A stretch of DNA of 64,000 bases from the NCBI GenBank assembly GCA_012295275.1, contig CM022676.1, forward strand, positions 16,926,001 to 16,990,000, written 5' to 3'. The translations under genes and the position numbers were made by a program. The notes beneath the pieces are model-generated. The model saw only the letters and a program-made list of their open reading frames with translations. It did not search any database and was not told where the DNA came from. This document shows, one piece after another, positions 63,533 through 64,000 of the stretch (position 1 is the first letter of the stretch; every line of letters starts with the position of its first letter). The DNA comes from Chrysomallon squamiferum. Its lineage: Eukaryota > Animalia > Mollusca.

Positions 63533-64000
63533 TTGCATCCATATTGTTTTTGTTTTAATTGGAACATTTGAAAACAAAGTGTACACGTGATATTGGATAT
63601 AAATGATCTTTATAACAATAATGATAATCTTCTTTTATTTATGTTTTGCTTTACTAGCTTTTATCAGGACTATTTTTAAAATATTATATTTTATTTAGTA
63701 TGACATTTAAAATGCATTTAATTGCCTTAGGATATCAAATTAAAATCAATTAGACTTCAAATGATGTAGTCATAACAAAATTAATTAATAGTCTTACATT
63801 TCATTTACTTAGAATTGGTTTCTTTTCATTTTCACATTTATTTACTTAGTTACATCTGTCGTATTTTAAACCTTTATTTCAATATATTTTCTGTTTTGTA
63901 ATACATATACCTTGATGCTATATGTTGATACATGTTTCAAACACTAGTAGTTTGTATGGTATATTTGTGTTCAAATGAACACTTGTTGTTTCAGATGACG

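Larger units (their letters stand above)
56690..64000 (+). pseudogene. Second receptor gene: Ig-like x~5 - SRCR - TM; 5' part decayed; runs off the right edge
   Basis: Exons from 57345 onward are phase-compatible; the first Ig-like exon (~56690-56974) is frameshifted and lacks the F-strand Cys (EHAGNWTV); TM exon paralog starts at 63995. Confidence 0.6.

Overview
AT-rich, microsatellite-laden, intron-containing invertebrate genomic DNA (mollusc-like by composition and gene content; taxon not provable), with a 200-N gap at 1320-1519. Most ORFs in the track are simple-repeat artefacts. Manual splicing shows an innate-immune-type cluster. (1) A + strand receptor gene (6245-29163): signal peptide, 7 two-exon SRCR domains, 2 Ig, FN3, TM and a short tail. 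(2) A - strand SRCR paralog running off the left edge. (3) A partly decayed Ig(n)-SRCR-TM paralog running off the right edge. (4) A 3-exon secreted preproprotein gene (33381-35743), missed by the ORF track. Its C-terminal domain has the motif pattern I recall from bacterial polymorphic-toxin tips (QYxKxGGYxxAxxDYxxL...VRxxSSG..PTL...KIRY). It is a candidate domesticated antibacterial toxin, and this copy carries one in-frame TGA. (5) A degraded parvovirus-like NS1 endogenous viral element with a near-identical inverted partial copy. Also present: a Tc1/mariner-type MITE, tRNA-derived SINE heads, a Gypsy gag fragment, a 240-bp near-perfect palindrome and many exon relics. All exon calls and homologies are by eye; no searches were run.
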